A stretch of DNA of 63,525 bases, the filler included, from Rhabdomonas costata (Eukaryota), in NCBI GenBank assembly GCA_019059605.1. It is 33 parts of 33 records of this genome, joined end to end, with 100 filler letters (N's around TTAATTAATTAA, not from the genome) between each part and the next. Parts side by side here need not be neighbours in the genome. Positions count along the whole stretch, not along the records: positions 23,146 to 24,974 come from JAHMHO010008496.1; positions 25,075 to 26,902 come from JAHMHO010008497.1; positions 27,003 to 28,831 come from JAHMHO010008498.1; positions 28,932 to 30,759 come from JAHMHO010008499.1; positions 30,860 to 32,687 come from JAHMHO010008500.1; positions 32,788 to 34,615 come from JAHMHO010008501.1; positions 34,716 to 36,543 come from JAHMHO010008502.1; positions 36,644 to 38,471 come from JAHMHO010008503.1; 25 more parts are not named here. One strand, given 5' to 3'. This document shows positions 24,297-38,050 of the stretch, one piece after another (the stretch's first letter is position 1; each line of letters begins with the position of its first letter). The translations under genes were made by a program, and so were the position numbers. Below the pieces are notes generated by a model. The model was not told where the DNA came from. It did not search any database and saw only the letters and a program-made list of their open reading frames with translations.

Positions 24297-26102
24297 TCGG
24301 GGGGTGTCCGTCGCTGCTGCGGGGTATTGGGACGGGTCCTGAGCAGTCCGCTCCTGGTTCCGTGCCAGCGGAACGCTGAACACTACCGAAGCATTGCGCT
24401 GTCGCCCGTGAGGGTAGGTTCGTAGAGCTTCTCCTCCGGTTTGTTGTTCATGCGGCAGCCACATTCCATTGTTTGCCCTTTTTATTTCCTTCTACACACT
24501 ATGCGTCAGAGGGCTTCGATTCCCCCCAGCTTTCGGGGCTCCCCTTCTTTCCTTCTTTATTCTCGTTCACTGTAAGTTCGTTCTCTCTGTGTGGACCCCT
24601 ACTGTCCAGACAAATTTTGAAGAAAAGATCAGAAAAGATCAGAAATCATCAATGCAGATCTGGCCGAAACGACCGGCGGCAGTGGGTCCCTCTCTGCAAA
24701 GGCTGTCTGACTTCCGCAGCAGCCACAAGCAATATACAGCGGAAGGGTTATTTAGATTTTTCTAGCAAAGCCCCTTTAAAAAATTGAATTGAAAAGCAAT
24801 GCAATGCAATGCAATGCATTGTGCAGTGCAATATGCACTGCACTGCAAAGTTCAAGGCAACCCTGTGAGAATCCCAGCCTCCCCTCTCCGAAACTCGAAA
24901 GCGCAACGCAAAATGGCAGAATGGCAGAAGAGAGTGGGAGGGGCTCCCCACTCCCCACAGTGTCCCCCCACCCCNNNNNNNNNNNNNNNNNNNNNNNNNN
25001 NNNNNNNNNNNNNNNNNNTTAATTAATTAANNNNNNNNNNNNNNNNNNNNNNNNNNNNNNNNNNNNNNNNNNNNAGCAGCAATAGCAGTGGCGGGAAGAG
25101 TTCCGGTTCTGACGAGGCCAGCGACGACTAAGGGTGATGGAAAAAGATCTGGGGGTACGGCTCTTGACGGTCTCTTCTTTTGCCTTCCCTTCCTTGTGTT
25201 TGTTCTCTTGCTTGGGGGGTTTCCTCGTTTTCGTCGAAACGTGAAATCCCTGGGCGCTTGCTTTCTTGTAAGCATTGTTCTTTGGCTATGGCTTTTTGAG
25301 GTGGTCAGTTTCTTGTGAGGATCAACTAGATGTACTATACTTTGTATTTGTCATGCTGTGCTGTGAATTATTCCTTTTTTGCGGCGTCGAACTTCCTGAA
25401 AAAGGCAGAAAAAGTCCCTGTGACACTTTTTTGCCACTGTGGAGGCTACCAACTGTATTGTGTTGCTGCTGTGGACTTTCCTCGTGACCTGGTTGTTGCT
25501 TGTCTGAAAGACAGGTGCGTGAGATCATGGGTTTCGCCCGAATTTGGAAGAGGAGTCGTTGTATGCGTGTACCGCTATTTGTCACTCCCCGTTGGCGAAC
25601 AGCTAAGTACTTTGGAAATGCAGGCCAGGCGCGGATAGGCGCATATCGGGCAAATACGAAATCTTATCCTGAGGAATTATCCCCAAGGACGGGCGAGAAC
25701 CCGTGATTTGCAAAACGCATTGCTCCTGACGAACAGCACGGTTGGACCCAAGTGGCGGTCCACACCGACTCACCGGTTCAAGCGCAGCAACAGAAACTGG
25801 GTGCTGTGTTTGTCGTACCCGTCATCCTTGAACGAAGCTCACAACCCCTGACCCCTTGTCTGCATTCCATGACCGAACGGCCTTGCCTTAGGTTGCGCGG
25901 AGGCGCGGTTTTAATGCACGAGAAGGGGATCGCAGCTTTTGGGCTCTGGATCTTCTTGCCTCTTGTGCTCTGCATCGCTCGCAGTTTTTTCTCTTTGTTC
26001 CGGAAAAGGCTCTGTAATTTTTAAAGTTGCGCATTGCTTTTTTCTCTTGCTTGGCCTCAGCCTTTGCTTCTCCCACCTACCGGTGTCTCTCCTGTGCACA
26101 AG

Positions 26103-26648
26103 GGAGAACTCTTCCCCGTGCTCTCTGTCCTCCGGGCGCCTTCCCGTTGGCCCCGCCGTGGGGAGCGTGAGGATGAAGTTCGACCTGAACCAGCCCATTG
26201 TGTACTGTGACGACTGGGCGGTGGGGATCCCTCTGATTGATGCCCAGGTCACCGTCGCCGAGGGGAGTGGTGGACAGCAAATGATCAGAGCGAATTCTGA
26301 ATAGAAGTGTTTGGTGGGATCTTGTTCGGTTCGGGTGCCGGCGCCTGAATGCGCGCCAGAGAGAAGGGGATGTGACAGCCGCCCAGCACCCCCCCCCCCA
26401 AAGAAAACACATCACACTGAAAGCAAGAGGCAGTGGAGGAAGGATCACGGGGAGGCAGCACCCTGGGTGATTTGTTCCTTTTTTCTCGCAGCACCTAAGA
26501 TTGTTTGAAATGATTGAGGATCTTCGTCTGGCGGTGGTGACCAAGGCCAACCCTGCGGTGGTAACGAAGGTTCTGAAGGGCCTGGTCGAGTACTGCGGGG
26601 ACCACTTTGAGTGCGAGCAGATGGTACAGGCTGAATTTTTCTACCCAT
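26103..26648 (+). CDS. Hemerythrin-domain protein, partial (2 exons)
   Basis: Exons about 26103-26247 and 26492-about 26648 (CAG|GTCACC ... GCAG|CAC) give IVYCDDWAVGIPLIDAQ|HLRLFEMIEDLRLAVVTKANPAVVTKVLKGLVEYCGDHFECEQMVQAEFFYP. The VG-x3-ID-x-QH, Y-x3-HF-x2-E and YP motifs have hemerythrin spacing. Confidence 0.85.
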
Positions 26649-27063
26649 GTCCCACGGCATTCCATTTAAAAGCTTTGTTTTGCTGAGGGTGACCCACTTC
26701 GGGAAAGGGAGGGAAAGGGGGACGGATGGGCAGTCGATAGGGGTCGATGTAGGGGTCCAAAAGTGTGCGTGTGCGTCATCTCCCAGTGCGTGTACGCTCC
26801 CTCCTGGTAGGTGAGTCCAGTGCTATGTCACGTTCCCATGAGTCCAGATGTTGCCTATCTTACCGCACCTCGCACCCACCCACCCCGACCTGAGAGTCAG
26901 TTNNNNNNNNNNNNNNNNNNNNNNNNNNNNNNNNNNNNNNNNNNNNTTAATTAATTAANNNNNNNNNNNNNNNNNNNNNNNNNNNNNNNNNNNNNNNNNN
27001 NNGTGGTGGGTGTGTTTGGTTGGTTTTGCCTCACTGTTTGCTGCTGGGCTGGGGGGTGGTTAG

Positions 27064-28612
27064 CCCGCCTGGGTCGTACTGCCCTGAGGGCTCGGCCGCG
27101 CCCGTACCGTGCCGCGCGGGCAGCTACACCCCCTACAACCGCACCACCGGCCCCGGACCCACCACGGAGCGCTTCCGGGACTGTGACAGCAGCCCGCAGT
27201 ACGACCAGTGCATCCTGTGCCCTGGAGGTGTGTGTGCCCTGCTGGCCCCCATCTCACCCACGAATATGTGGAACGGAGTCTCTACTTTGGTTCCTTTTTT
27301 GATTTCTTTCCGGAATGCTTCCAATTGTGAAATATTAAACGATTTAGAAAAGTACAGGCTTGTTTTGTTTGCCACCTGTTGCAAGATTGCTCGTGAGTGG
27401 ATGCCGTGCACCCCCACCATATGATAAATGTGTATGTATGTGTTGCATTCCACTTGGAGCGTGTTTGTGTGTACAGGGTACATGTGCCCGCAAGGCAGCG
27501 TGGTGCCCATTGAGTGCACGTTTGGGCATTACTCTCCTCCGGGCTCCTCGGCGTGCTTTGTCTGCGAGGCAGGTATACCACGGCATTGCCAACACAGGAA
27601 AGGGAGGGGATTGCATTGCGAGTGCTCTTTTGCTGGCCCGTCTTCCAGCGGGGAATGACAATTGCCCAAAACATCGAAGCGAAGGGCAGCGGGTTAGGAC
27701 GCGGGCTCTTTTCCTGTTAACAGTGCTGAAAGACTGGCGCATGCTTTCATGTGTGAGATGCACCCCTTGTTGTGCTGGCAGGTTACTACTGTCCCAACAA
27801 TGGCACCGCGGATTACTACAAGCAGGAGGTCTTCCGATGTCCCGCGGGGCTGTTCTGCCCGCCAGGAATGGACCACCAGCCCGACTCGGAGTACCACAAC
27901 TGCCCCAGAGGTGCCCTCGCCCCCCATCCCACCCTTCCCCCTCTCCTCATTTAGGTTCCGAATGAAAGCTCTTTCTGCTCGTTCTAAGAAGCTCTTTCTA
28001 AGAAATAGGCGTGTGATGGTGAGCTGTACTTTGTCTGCTTCCCGGGCCCGGGCAGTCCCTAAGTCAAAGAAAAATATGTGTCCGGCCTGCGGTGACTCAG
28101 TCCTGCTGTTGCAAGAGTATGGTGAAACAGGCACACAATTTATGAAGGACGAACTGGCTCCCTACCGCTAGTCGTGCTGTGGCAACGAAGCCACCGATGC
28201 CAGCGGCGCAAGGGAAATATGATTTTGTACTCGTTCACTGAGAAGTCTGTGTAAAACATAGGTGAGGTAAGGCTGCAAGCGGGCAGGCAAGAGATGGGAC
28301 AACCGCAGATCGGTGCCTCTGCACGTGGTAATCGGTGCATCATCAGTGTGAACGGTCCGATGCATCCCCATGCATCTGATGTTAGAAACCCTAGCGGGAA
28401 AAGACTCAAGCAGGTCTTGTGCGCTGCTGCTGTGCTTCGTGGTCATTCAGGGTTTTACTGCCCTGAGGCCACTCCGGCGCCCGTGCCATGCCCGATTGGG
28501 ACCTACAACCCAGTCACTGGGATGGCCTCCCTGGTGGACTGCACCTTGTGCGATGCGGGCTTCTACTGCGCTTGGCCCGGCGCCAGCAACGTGACTGGAG
28601 AATGCAGTCCAG
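27064..28612 (+). CDS. Cys-rich GCC2/GCC3 (ephrin-receptor-like) repeat surface protein, partial (4 exons)
   Basis: Exons 27064-27227, 27477-27572, 27782-27910 and 28451-28612 read PPGSYCPEGSAAPVPCRAGSYT..., GYMCPQGSVVPIECTFGHYS..., GYYCPNNGT...CPAGLFCPPG... and GFYCPEATPAPVPCPIGTYN...CDAGFYC. The GT-AG introns are phase 1 within Gly codons. Confidence 0.9.
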
Positions 28613-28931
28613 GTCACCCGAGCAGAACCCCGTGCCCGGGGAACACCCCCTGCCATGCTGTCCTTTGCACCTGCTTGTTATCGTGATTCATTGGTACCCT
28701 TCTGAGATCTGTGAGAGTGGCTGCGCTGAACCGATGCCCCAGTTTCCCGTCGCAAGACAACAAACCGCACTTACTTTTTATCTTGTCGGATGTGCTCAGC
28801 CGTGGGGGCGCTTCAGCCCAGAGTACACCATNNNNNNNNNNNNNNNNNNNNNNNNNNNNNNNNNNNNNNNNNNNNTTAATTAATTAANNNNNNNNNNNNN
28901 NNNNNNNNNNNNNNNNNNNNNNNNNNNNNNN

Positions 28932-29085
28932 GTGTTTTTGTATGAAAACCGTTGCACAGGCAAGCAAACAGTGCTTCATGGACTTTTTCAGCCCTGATTG
29001 CCACCAAGGAAAGCCCCATTCCGCTGAAAAAGTCCATGAAGCACTGTTTGTTTGCCTGTGCAACGGTTTTCATACAAAAATACAC
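28932..29085. repeat. Inverted repeat (about 60-bp arms, 30-nt loop) at contig start
   Basis: TTTTTGTATGAAAACCGTTGCACAGGCAAGCAAACAGTGCTTCATGGACTTTTTCAGC and its reverse complement, with one internal mismatch. Confidence 0.95.
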
Positions 29086-30859
29086 ACGAACAAGGGGCAC
29101 TTGGCCTGGTGCACTTCGGTAGAAACACACAGCATCGGGGTGCTGCTGTTATCTTCAACATAACACCGCAGAAGTCAAAATTTGCATCCGGAAGACAGCG
29201 TGCTCAGGAAGATGAGCCACAGGCAATCCCATTGTCAAGAGTCAACGAGTAAATCCCTTTGAAGAGACGCCGTGACTCCAAGGCCACTGGAAAATTACCT
29301 GTGGTGTGGGGAGCGGCGTCGAGATACAATCAAACTAAAACCCCAGCCTAAACAGTCAGACTAAAATGCCCCGCAGGCGAGGCTCCGCACCGGTCAAGAA
29401 GCCAATGGAGCTACCTAGCTGAATACGTGATACTCTACTAGGAATCGGGTAGCGTGTGCCACACTATTTGTAAGGCACACCGAGCGCGTAACGCCACTGA
29501 CGGTGAAGTTGAACATCGGCCGCTCCGATATTGCCAGCTGGAGCTTTTTCTGCAGGGCGTTCACCCGAAGATCCACGGGGCGAATGAAACCGGCCGGATA
29601 GGTTGCCCATGTGCGGAGCGCAGGGGGATGTAAAATTGGGGCACCCGGGGTCTGCGAGAGCTCCCTCTGAGCGGTGGCGAGCTCCTGCTGAGCGGCCCTG
29701 TACCGGAAAATCCACCGCCGGAGCTGCAGGCGAAACATCTTCCTGTGTTGGGGAAACCCCAGGAGAGGGAGAAAGAAATAGAAAGAGAACGGTGTAGATG
29801 TGCGCGTGTGCGCACGGCAAGTGAAATGTTTACCGAGTGAAGAGGTTGGATCTAATCATTTGGTTCACAGAGGTTGACGGAATAGGTGAAGGCCCTCCTG
29901 AATTCGACACCTCGAAATGCAGCAGACGTTCACGTGTAACCCTCCAGAATTTCCGCGCACAGCTCATTGGGTTTGCCCAGAAAAATCCATCCCATTCGCA
30001 GGGAACCACTTCTGCTTCGGTTCCAACTTGGCCTGAATCTAATTATAAACACTTACTGACAAGTGAGCAGCTATTTGTCCCAATAAAGACGCTGGAAGCC
30101 CCAACACTCAACGTGCGCGGACTGTTTGAGACTCATCGAATTTTAAAAAAGAATACTGTCCACTTCAGTCAACATTAAAAATAAATGGGAAGGAATGCTA
30201 GTTGGCGGGAGCGAAAGTGGCATAGACAAAGGGAAAACAGGGAAAGAAAGGACGAACGTGCACAACAGGTGGGTGGGTGGGCAGGCTAGCCGGGATGGGG
30301 GTGGCCGGACCTTCGCTCCCAGTAAAGGGCGACCACAGCGGTGTGCATGGTCTCCTTTCTGTTGTGAAGCTCCGTGAAGGACTTAAGCCGCGCTCGAACC
30401 GCAAGGGGGCCAAACATTCTGCAAAAAGAAAGTCAGATGGCGCTGTGGTTTGCCAGAACACACCTAACCTGGTCGTGCATCGTTCTCTGAGCACAATAGG
30501 TTCCTCTGCAAAATAGAGAGGAGTCCAAGCAAAAGCACAAACCCCTAAAAAAGGCGCTGAAAAACTTCGGGTCGATAGCAACCCAGTGGCTGGTCACCGT
30601 TTCCATCAAGCGATTCCCCGCGTGTCAAGCAACAGCGTGCTCAGTTGTTAAGCCTCCAGAAACGTACCATATATGTGAGAATCACTCTGATTCTGATTCG
30701 AAAACTGGCTGCAGCCCTTTTCGCAACCGTGAAAGGCTGGAAAGCGCATGCTTCCTTGANNNNNNNNNNNNNNNNNNNNNNNNNNNNNNNNNNNNNNNNN
30801 NNNTTAATTAATTAANNNNNNNNNNNNNNNNNNNNNNNNNNNNNNNNNNNNNNNNNNNN

Positions 30860-31619
30860 GGTGGGGTTGGAGACCCCCTGCGCCTTGAAGGCCTTCATCA
30901 CTTCGGGGGCATTGGCCCGGGCTATCATCGCGTCCATCAGAGCGGGGCTGGAGACTCCTGTGGGTGTGGTGGGATACGCAGCTGACCAAAGGAAAGTAGG
31001 GAGCCCAAACCTGCTTTGGGTTGTGGCCCGACTGAAAACCGGCTTTGACAAGTGGCATTTCCAAAAATACCGACTGCCACACAGTACGTACAGTGCCGGT
31101 AAAAAAAACGACGATATTAAGATGACAATAATTCCATGTTCGGGGCTGTTCCGTCCGTTCTCAGGAAGCACATAGTTCACAACGTGAGAAGGCATGGTGA
31201 CAAGGTACAAAAACTCACAGAACACCCCCCAGACATACCAGAGCAGGTGCAGCGTGAGTTGAGGATTTGATCCATAGCGTTGTAGTCACACAAAAAAGCT
31301 TGGGGATCTGTCACTTCAAGCAAAGAAAACATCCCTGAGTTCGTGTAAATGTGCAGCCACTGCAGCACTTATGTCCAACCCTATACTGACAGTTGTTTTT
31401 ATCCGACACCGTGCCTGAAAAAGCTGCTAGAGGTTTCAGTGAGGGGAGAAACAGAGATATAGATACGAAGATAGAGAGATGTGAGGCCATGTGGGAGCAC
31501 ACCAAGAGTGGCGAAGGCCCAGCAAACGTTGGCCACCTCTTGAGCCTTGAATGTGCTCAGCACCGCCGGGGCGCTCGCGCGCTGCGCCATGAGGGCGAAC
31601 AACGCGTCGTCCTGCATGC
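30860..31619 (-). CDS. Helical-repeat RNA-binding protein (OPR/HPR-like, RAP/FASTK-associated), partial
   Basis: Exon 31619-31503 reads GMQDDALFALMAQRASAPAVLSTFKAQEVANVCWAFATL. Exon 30957 to the contig end reads GVSSPALMDAMIARANAPEVMKAFKAQGVSN. F-x-x-QE-x-x-N-x-x-WAFA-x-L is the typical repeat motif. Confidence 0.8.
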
Positions 31620-34600
31620 CTGTTAACAAAAGGTGCCGTGACCACACCTCATCAACAAAGCAGCCGGGAGAAAGCATCTCCCCTCCCCCCCACCCAAAAA
31701 CACACACACAGGAGTAGTACTCAAGGACTGAAAGCTGTCGTGAACTCGCTGCAAAAATACGCCGATCACACACCGTCGCACGCGCACTTGCATTCACACA
31801 TGCCTAGATGGTGCGTTGGCCGCTTCGAGTCGTATGTTGAGGACCTTCACTCCCTAACCGCTACGCTCTTCCCCGCAGGTTAAGGATCACCTGAATGGTG
31901 CGCTGGCGGCCAGGCCGCTCGAAGTGTTGTCCTCGTGGTCTGGACTTCGCCTCTCTCCGGCACGATCCCCTCCCTATCGGTGTGTACATCTTCCCCCTCC
32001 TCCGAACGCAATTCTAACTCAGTCATGATAATCATGTCTCAACCAGATTTTCAGGATGCGCATTTGCAATGATGGTGGGTTAGTGTAGGGGCTTTCACGT
32101 ACGCGTCTTCTGCTTTCGGGACCTACCGGATTACTTGTTTTTATTGCCGCACTGACGTTGAAGTTTTCAGGCTTTGACGTAACCATCTTTTTATGACGTT
32201 ACTTTATGTCTTTTTGTGAGACAGAAGAAATTATCATGAAACGAAGGGTGTGTGGGTAGAGCACGGATCGGACTCGATAAGGTTTGAAGCGGAAGCGATC
32301 TCCTCCACATCCATCGACAGACACCGCTTCTCTGCTATTGTGCAATTTTTTCTCCGGTGCATTGCAGGAAGGTTGTGTTGCGTTTTCGCTTTCCCTTGTC
32401 TCAGTGAGGGGGCAGCTTTTTCTCCCATTACAAAATGTTGCTTCTGCCGCGCTCAGTGGCTTGCTCTCTTCTGCCCCCCCCCCTCTCGCAAATGTAAACC
32501 AACAGACGCTTCTCTGGGAAAACGAGGGACGCCTTCGAAAGAGACAAAATGGAGGGGCAACGAATGTGGGAAACTATACTGCTGCCTTGACGCAGCTACC
32601 GATGTTGTGCGATCCAGCTGTGATTGAAACATGTGACTGAAACAGGACTCATAGTATCACCGGACAAAAATGTTCCGACCCAAACCCNNNNNNNNNNNNN
32701 NNNNNNNNNNNNNNNNNNNNNNNNNNNNNNNTTAATTAATTAANNNNNNNNNNNNNNNNNNNNNNNNNNNNNNNNNNNNNNNNNNNNTTTTTTTTGTATG
32801 CAATTGGTACATTTTGGGTTTAAAAGGCAACCAGGGTGCCTCCGTTTCTTCGTCCTCTGTTCACACACAGGACTGCAGCGCTTTCCGAAATGGAGAAATG
32901 CTTCCGCGAGATGATGTCTCAAATCAGTTGCCTGGTATGCTTTGTTTGGTGAACGGTGGAAACGCTAGCTGTTATTTTTTTCCGATATGAGTTAACAACC
33001 GCGTATCCTTTCCGCTCATTCATAAAGCCATTGCCAAGTGTATGATTTATTTTTGCCCTTTCTGTATATTCGCGGTCATTAATCCAGCGTGCACTGCGTC
33101 TTTTCTTTCCACTCCCTGTTCCCTTTCGCCTTTACCTCCTGTTTGGCAACTCTACAACTCTTTACTAAATTTCAAATACAAACGGCCAGATTTCTGGAAT
33201 TGACGTTCGGCATACAGTACGGGGCTTAACTGTAACTACAGCGCATTTCCACTCTGAATGATGTGTTCCTGTTTGCGTGTGTGTGTCCCAGAGTCGATGT
33301 GAATTTGAAGACTCATTTTTCAGGGTTGGTGGGGAGGGGTGCTCCGACACCCCCCCCCTCCTCCTCCTCCCGAAACAACCTCTTCACATCCTTGTCAACC
33401 ATTCAACCGACCTCACTCATTTGAATCGCCGAAGTCTCCGTGATATGGAACGACACGAGAATGGTCTAAATGATTTCAAAGATTCGTTCAACCCAAACGA
33501 CAATGGTTGTGCTCCGCCCCCAAACAGCCCACCGCCCGCACTCCCGACCCAAGGCAAGGTTGGGGGTTACAGTCCCGGTGCCACGCTGAGAAACCTCTAA
33601 AATGGTGTAGGTTTTGGGTCCCTTTCAGATTTTGGGTGCCTTTGGGGCTTCAAAACTGCGCAATTATCCGATTACTTTGGCGCGGACTGATGAGGGTCGT
33701 CATGTACATCTCTACAAGGGTGTAAAGGGTGTACAAAAAGGGTGCACGTGGTTGAACCGCATGAGGATTGCGTCATTGGGTGTAGGAGGGGCTCCCCACA
33801 ATCGATGGATCCTGAGGTCTACCATTCCGTTTTTGGTTATTTCGCTCAGGGTTTGGTGGAAGAGGCCATGGCTCACTCTGCCGTCCTGAAGCAGCAGGTC
33901 GAGCTTTTGCTCCGCCACTGCCATCAAAAGGGCTCGGCTTCGCTGAGGTGGTCTTCCGACGGTTGTACCGTGAATATCTGTATCGAGGACGGGACCGTAT
34001 TCTGGTGGTGCAGCGTTTCGCAGAAGTGGGTGATTGAGACCAGGTCAGAAAGAAATCGGAGCTGGTTCGAATTGCTCGGGTTTGTCACGCTGAGGCAGCT
34101 GATGAGGCACACTGGCAGCCCTGGCATCCTCGTGACACTGGGCTCTCCACAGGTTATTACGTCCTTTGGAGTCAGTGTTATCATCCCATCAGCTTTGCTT
34201 GCGTTTTCTCCAGACTTTGGAGTTGTAACTTTCCCCGACTCAAGTCAAGTGGGAGACGGCGAAAGCAGGGGGTTTGTGGTGAGCACTGGGACGTCGAAAA
34301 ATGAAAATTATTACACTCAGTAGTGCCGCTTTCGCATCGCTAGAAAATTCTAGGCGACCCCCTCACTCAGAGTGCGTCGAACTGAAGTAGACCCCAGTTA
34401 ACCCCGACATGTACTTAGTTGTTTAAAAGCGGTGTAAGTTATTTAAACCACGCGGTATTAAACGGCCAACCATATGAAGGACTCCTCGGCACCGTGAGGA
34501 GCCACAGTTCCAGCCTTCTACTTCTCCTTGACGTGGTTGGGTGAGTGGCATGCACGGAAATGACGTGACAGCCTGGGGGGGGGGTCAACTAAACGTGATT

Positions 34601-37052
34601 AATGTACCGCGCCCGNNNNNNNNNNNNNNNNNNNNNNNNNNNNNNNNNNNNNNNNNNNNTTAATTAATTAANNNNNNNNNNNNNNNNNNNNNNNNNNNNN
34701 NNNNNNNNNNNNNNNGTTTGTGTTTCCCTTTACATCCAACTCAGTGTGCCTGTGTTTGCGTGCGTGAGCCGCCTCAGTATATGCCCCTGGTGATGAAGGT
34801 GGAAGGGCATCCTGAAAAGGCTCTGCCGGGCGGGAAAGCATCAGTCGGTTTCCTCCCCAGCGGAGCCATACCCTCTCCTCCGTGAGCCAGATGTATGTCG
34901 TGTGTGCGGCTCGCTCGGGATCTGCGCACCCTCTCCTCATTCGCGCGAGCCGGGGGTGGTGATGTTCCAGTAACATGTGTGCATGTGTGTTCTTCGCATG
35001 TTCGCTGGAAGGAAAAGACCACCAGGAGTTGCGCCCCCAAGGAATCAAACGTTACTAGGTCGTCACCTCCGTGGACACGCGTCGCTGAAAAGCTGAAGCG
35101 CCGTGCCGCCGAACTATACACCCCACCCATTGGACACGTGACTTCACCACCATGCACACCAACCTGTCGCAAGAGTCTCTGACCGACAACATTTTGAAAG
35201 CAGTGGAGGAAGCCCTTGCATTCCAAGACAAGAGCAGGCGGGGAGAACAGAAGTTCTTCCTCCTCTCCTACGATAGACGTCGGCAAGCACAGCTTGGCCG
35301 ACCTGGCGTGCAAGCCCTGAGCCTCCAGGACGTGCGTTTCCTAGACGCCGCATGCGCAAGTCAAGTTTTTTCATTGCTAACACGACGGGCACTTTCGAAT
35401 GTGCTGCCTGCTACTGTCTATTGTGTGTACGTGTGTTCGTCCTGAGCTAAGATGGATCCCGGATTCCGTGGCTCCCCACCTCTGTTTCGGTGAGAGTTCA
35501 CCCCGGGATGCTCGAACGCGAAAAGGTCCTAGTGCCTGGGGCACAGCAGCCCCAGAATCCCGGCTGAAGGTTGGGTATCCTACCCATAGTGAAGGCAGCT
35601 CCCGTTGTTCCCTCCCGAAGGATGGGTGTGCAGGAGGTTTTGGGGGGGAAGAGGGAGGCTGAGCAGCTGCTGTAGGAGTTTTGGCGGGGCCGTGCCCAAA
35701 GGTATGGCACGAACTGCGTCCGTCCGTCGCTCCGTCCGTCCGTCCGCACAAGAGGATGTCTCTGGTGGGCTTCCTGCGCAGGAGGGATGCACAACAACGA
35801 GTTGGTGCAGCTGGGCAAGGCCTACGCCTATGCCTATCATTCCAACCGCGTGCTTATCCTGCCCTCGTTTTTTCAGGGTGTTCTTCGTTTTTGATGCGGG
35901 CAGATGCAGATGCCCGTGAACTGGCAATTTTGCTGGCTTTTGGTGATGCCTTTGTGGGGTTTGTTTGTGGTTTGTGTGGGGTGCAATTTACCCGTCCTTT
36001 CACTTGTCAAGGTCAGACTTGCTGAAAATTGAGCATGGTAGGGTTCCGTGTAGAACAAGTTGAAGAAGTGGGGGGCCAGCGTCTCAGTGCATTGGACGTG
36101 CCTACATTCGGTGTGCGTGCAGACAAGGACACCGCCTCAAAGAGCATTCCGTTTGATGCGCTGTACGACCTCTCCTCGGGCCCCGTGAAAGTGATCCCGG
36201 AGACCGAGGCGTGTGCCTCCCCTTGTACTGTGGTGGATGCTCTGCTCTCTCACTCAAGCGCGCGCGTAAGACGAGAACAATGGAACAAAAGGGGGATGTC
36301 TTCATCGAAACACAAACAGGCACAGGAGGCACAGCAGTGTTATGCTCACGACGGTTTCTGTCCCCGGTCCACACACAGGAAATATGCATTCCAGTATGCT
36401 TTCCAGACCCAGATATCATCCGAAGTAGAAGTTATCACAATTGGACTAGCCCCACGAAGTCCACTCAACGGAAAAACGCAGTGGTTGTGGTGAGTGCGTT
36501 TGTGGGGATGCTCAGGCCAAAACAAATGTGGTCACCACAACCCNNNNNNNNNNNNNNNNNNNNNNNNNNNNNNNNNNNNNNNNNNNNTTAATTAATTAAN
36601 NNNNNNNNNNNNNNNNNNNNNNNNNNNNNNNNNNNNNNNNNNNCTGTGAAGATGACAAGATCCAGGAGAGAGTGAGGTGAAATAGTGCCAGATAAATCAT
36701 CAGGACTGTATATCGTATATCCCCCATATCACCCTTGCTGCCCCACCTCTCGTTTGTCGTTTGGAGCGGGAAATCAATTCAGGGTCATACGTAATTGTGC
36801 TTGTAAAATCGAAGTGTTAAAACAAGGTTGTTGCGTAAACGAAAGGAATCGGCGAACATTTCTGTCTGGCCCTGAATGTGTCCGCCTTTCTTTTTTCTGG
36901 ATGTCTGATTTAAGGAAATGCACTCGACAACTTTTGAATTTTTTTGCATTGTTCTTCACAGCTGGTTATACTTGTGTTTACTTCGGTGTCCCGCTGCTGT
37001 TTTTTATTTGTGACATGGCGGGTGCACGTTGATTTCGATATAGACAATCGAA

Positions 37053-38050
37053 ATGGCTGGCTCCACCGACCTAACAAGCTTGGGTGAACCGAGTGAAGAG
37101 ATCACTCCTCTGTTCAGGACCATCGAGAGTGTTTCGGGGAGTGAAGGTCGCGTGTACTTCCTGGAGAAGCGCCTTTTGGGCAAGGGCAGCTTTGGTTTCG
37201 TGTATACTGCGCTGGAGCAGTCAAAAAGAGAGCTTGTCGCGATCAAGGAGGTCTCCCTGAGTCAAGTGTTCAGTGCGGCATGGCGGGAGGTGTTAGATTT
37301 GACCACCCTCGCATCACCAACCCGCCTTCCCTTCATTTCCTCAGGTTTAAATATGGTTTTTTTTGCCGTCGGAGCATCGTAAATAAGATGAAATCGTTGG
37401 AGTTGATGAGTGTAGAAGAAAGCTGCGGAACTATCATCGTGCGTGATGTTTGTGCGTCTAGTTGTGCTCCGAGGACTCTGTGTGACTGTTTTTGAACTAG
37501 CAGCCGCGTGGGGAAGGGGGTCCGCCCGAGCCCAAACTCCCCGCTTTATGCGTCATAAAAAGCGGTTTGGGCGATGAGAAAACACACGCAAGCATGTGGC
37601 TGAGTTCTATGTTGGTCCATTTTCAGTGAGTCTTCGGACTGGTTTTGGTTTTGGCCCGGAGTGCCTTTGGCTTTCTTCGCATTTGCTTGCGGGATCAAAG
37701 CTGTCTGGCAGGCTAATTTCATACCTTTTAGATGTTTTCATACCTTTAGGATATCCTTTTGTCCGATAAACTGCCCGCATCCGATCTTTAGAATTTCAAA
37801 TGGTTGTAGTGTAAACACGTTGTTTCGGAATGTTCTCAGGATAAAGTTCTTCGTCGGCTCCAGAAGGGTCACCCGCACATTGTGCGTCTTATCGACGTGG
37901 TGGAGCATGGGCATCGGTTGTTGATGGTGATGGAACGATTGGAGCAGTCCTTGGAGGCCGTTCGGGGGTGCGCTGGGAAAATAGATGTGGTCAACTGTCG
38001 CAGCTATTTCAGGCAGATTGTGGACGGGCTGCGTTTCCTCCACAGTGAAG
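37053..38050 (+). CDS. Ser/Thr protein kinase, N-terminal part (2 exons)
   Basis: Exon 37053-37289 (ATG; LGKGSFGFV; VAIK; ..AWRE|GTGTTA) plus exon 37840-about 38050 (DKVLRRLQKGHPHIVRLIDVV..LMVMERLEQSL..YFRQIVDGLRFLHSE). Confidence 0.9.
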
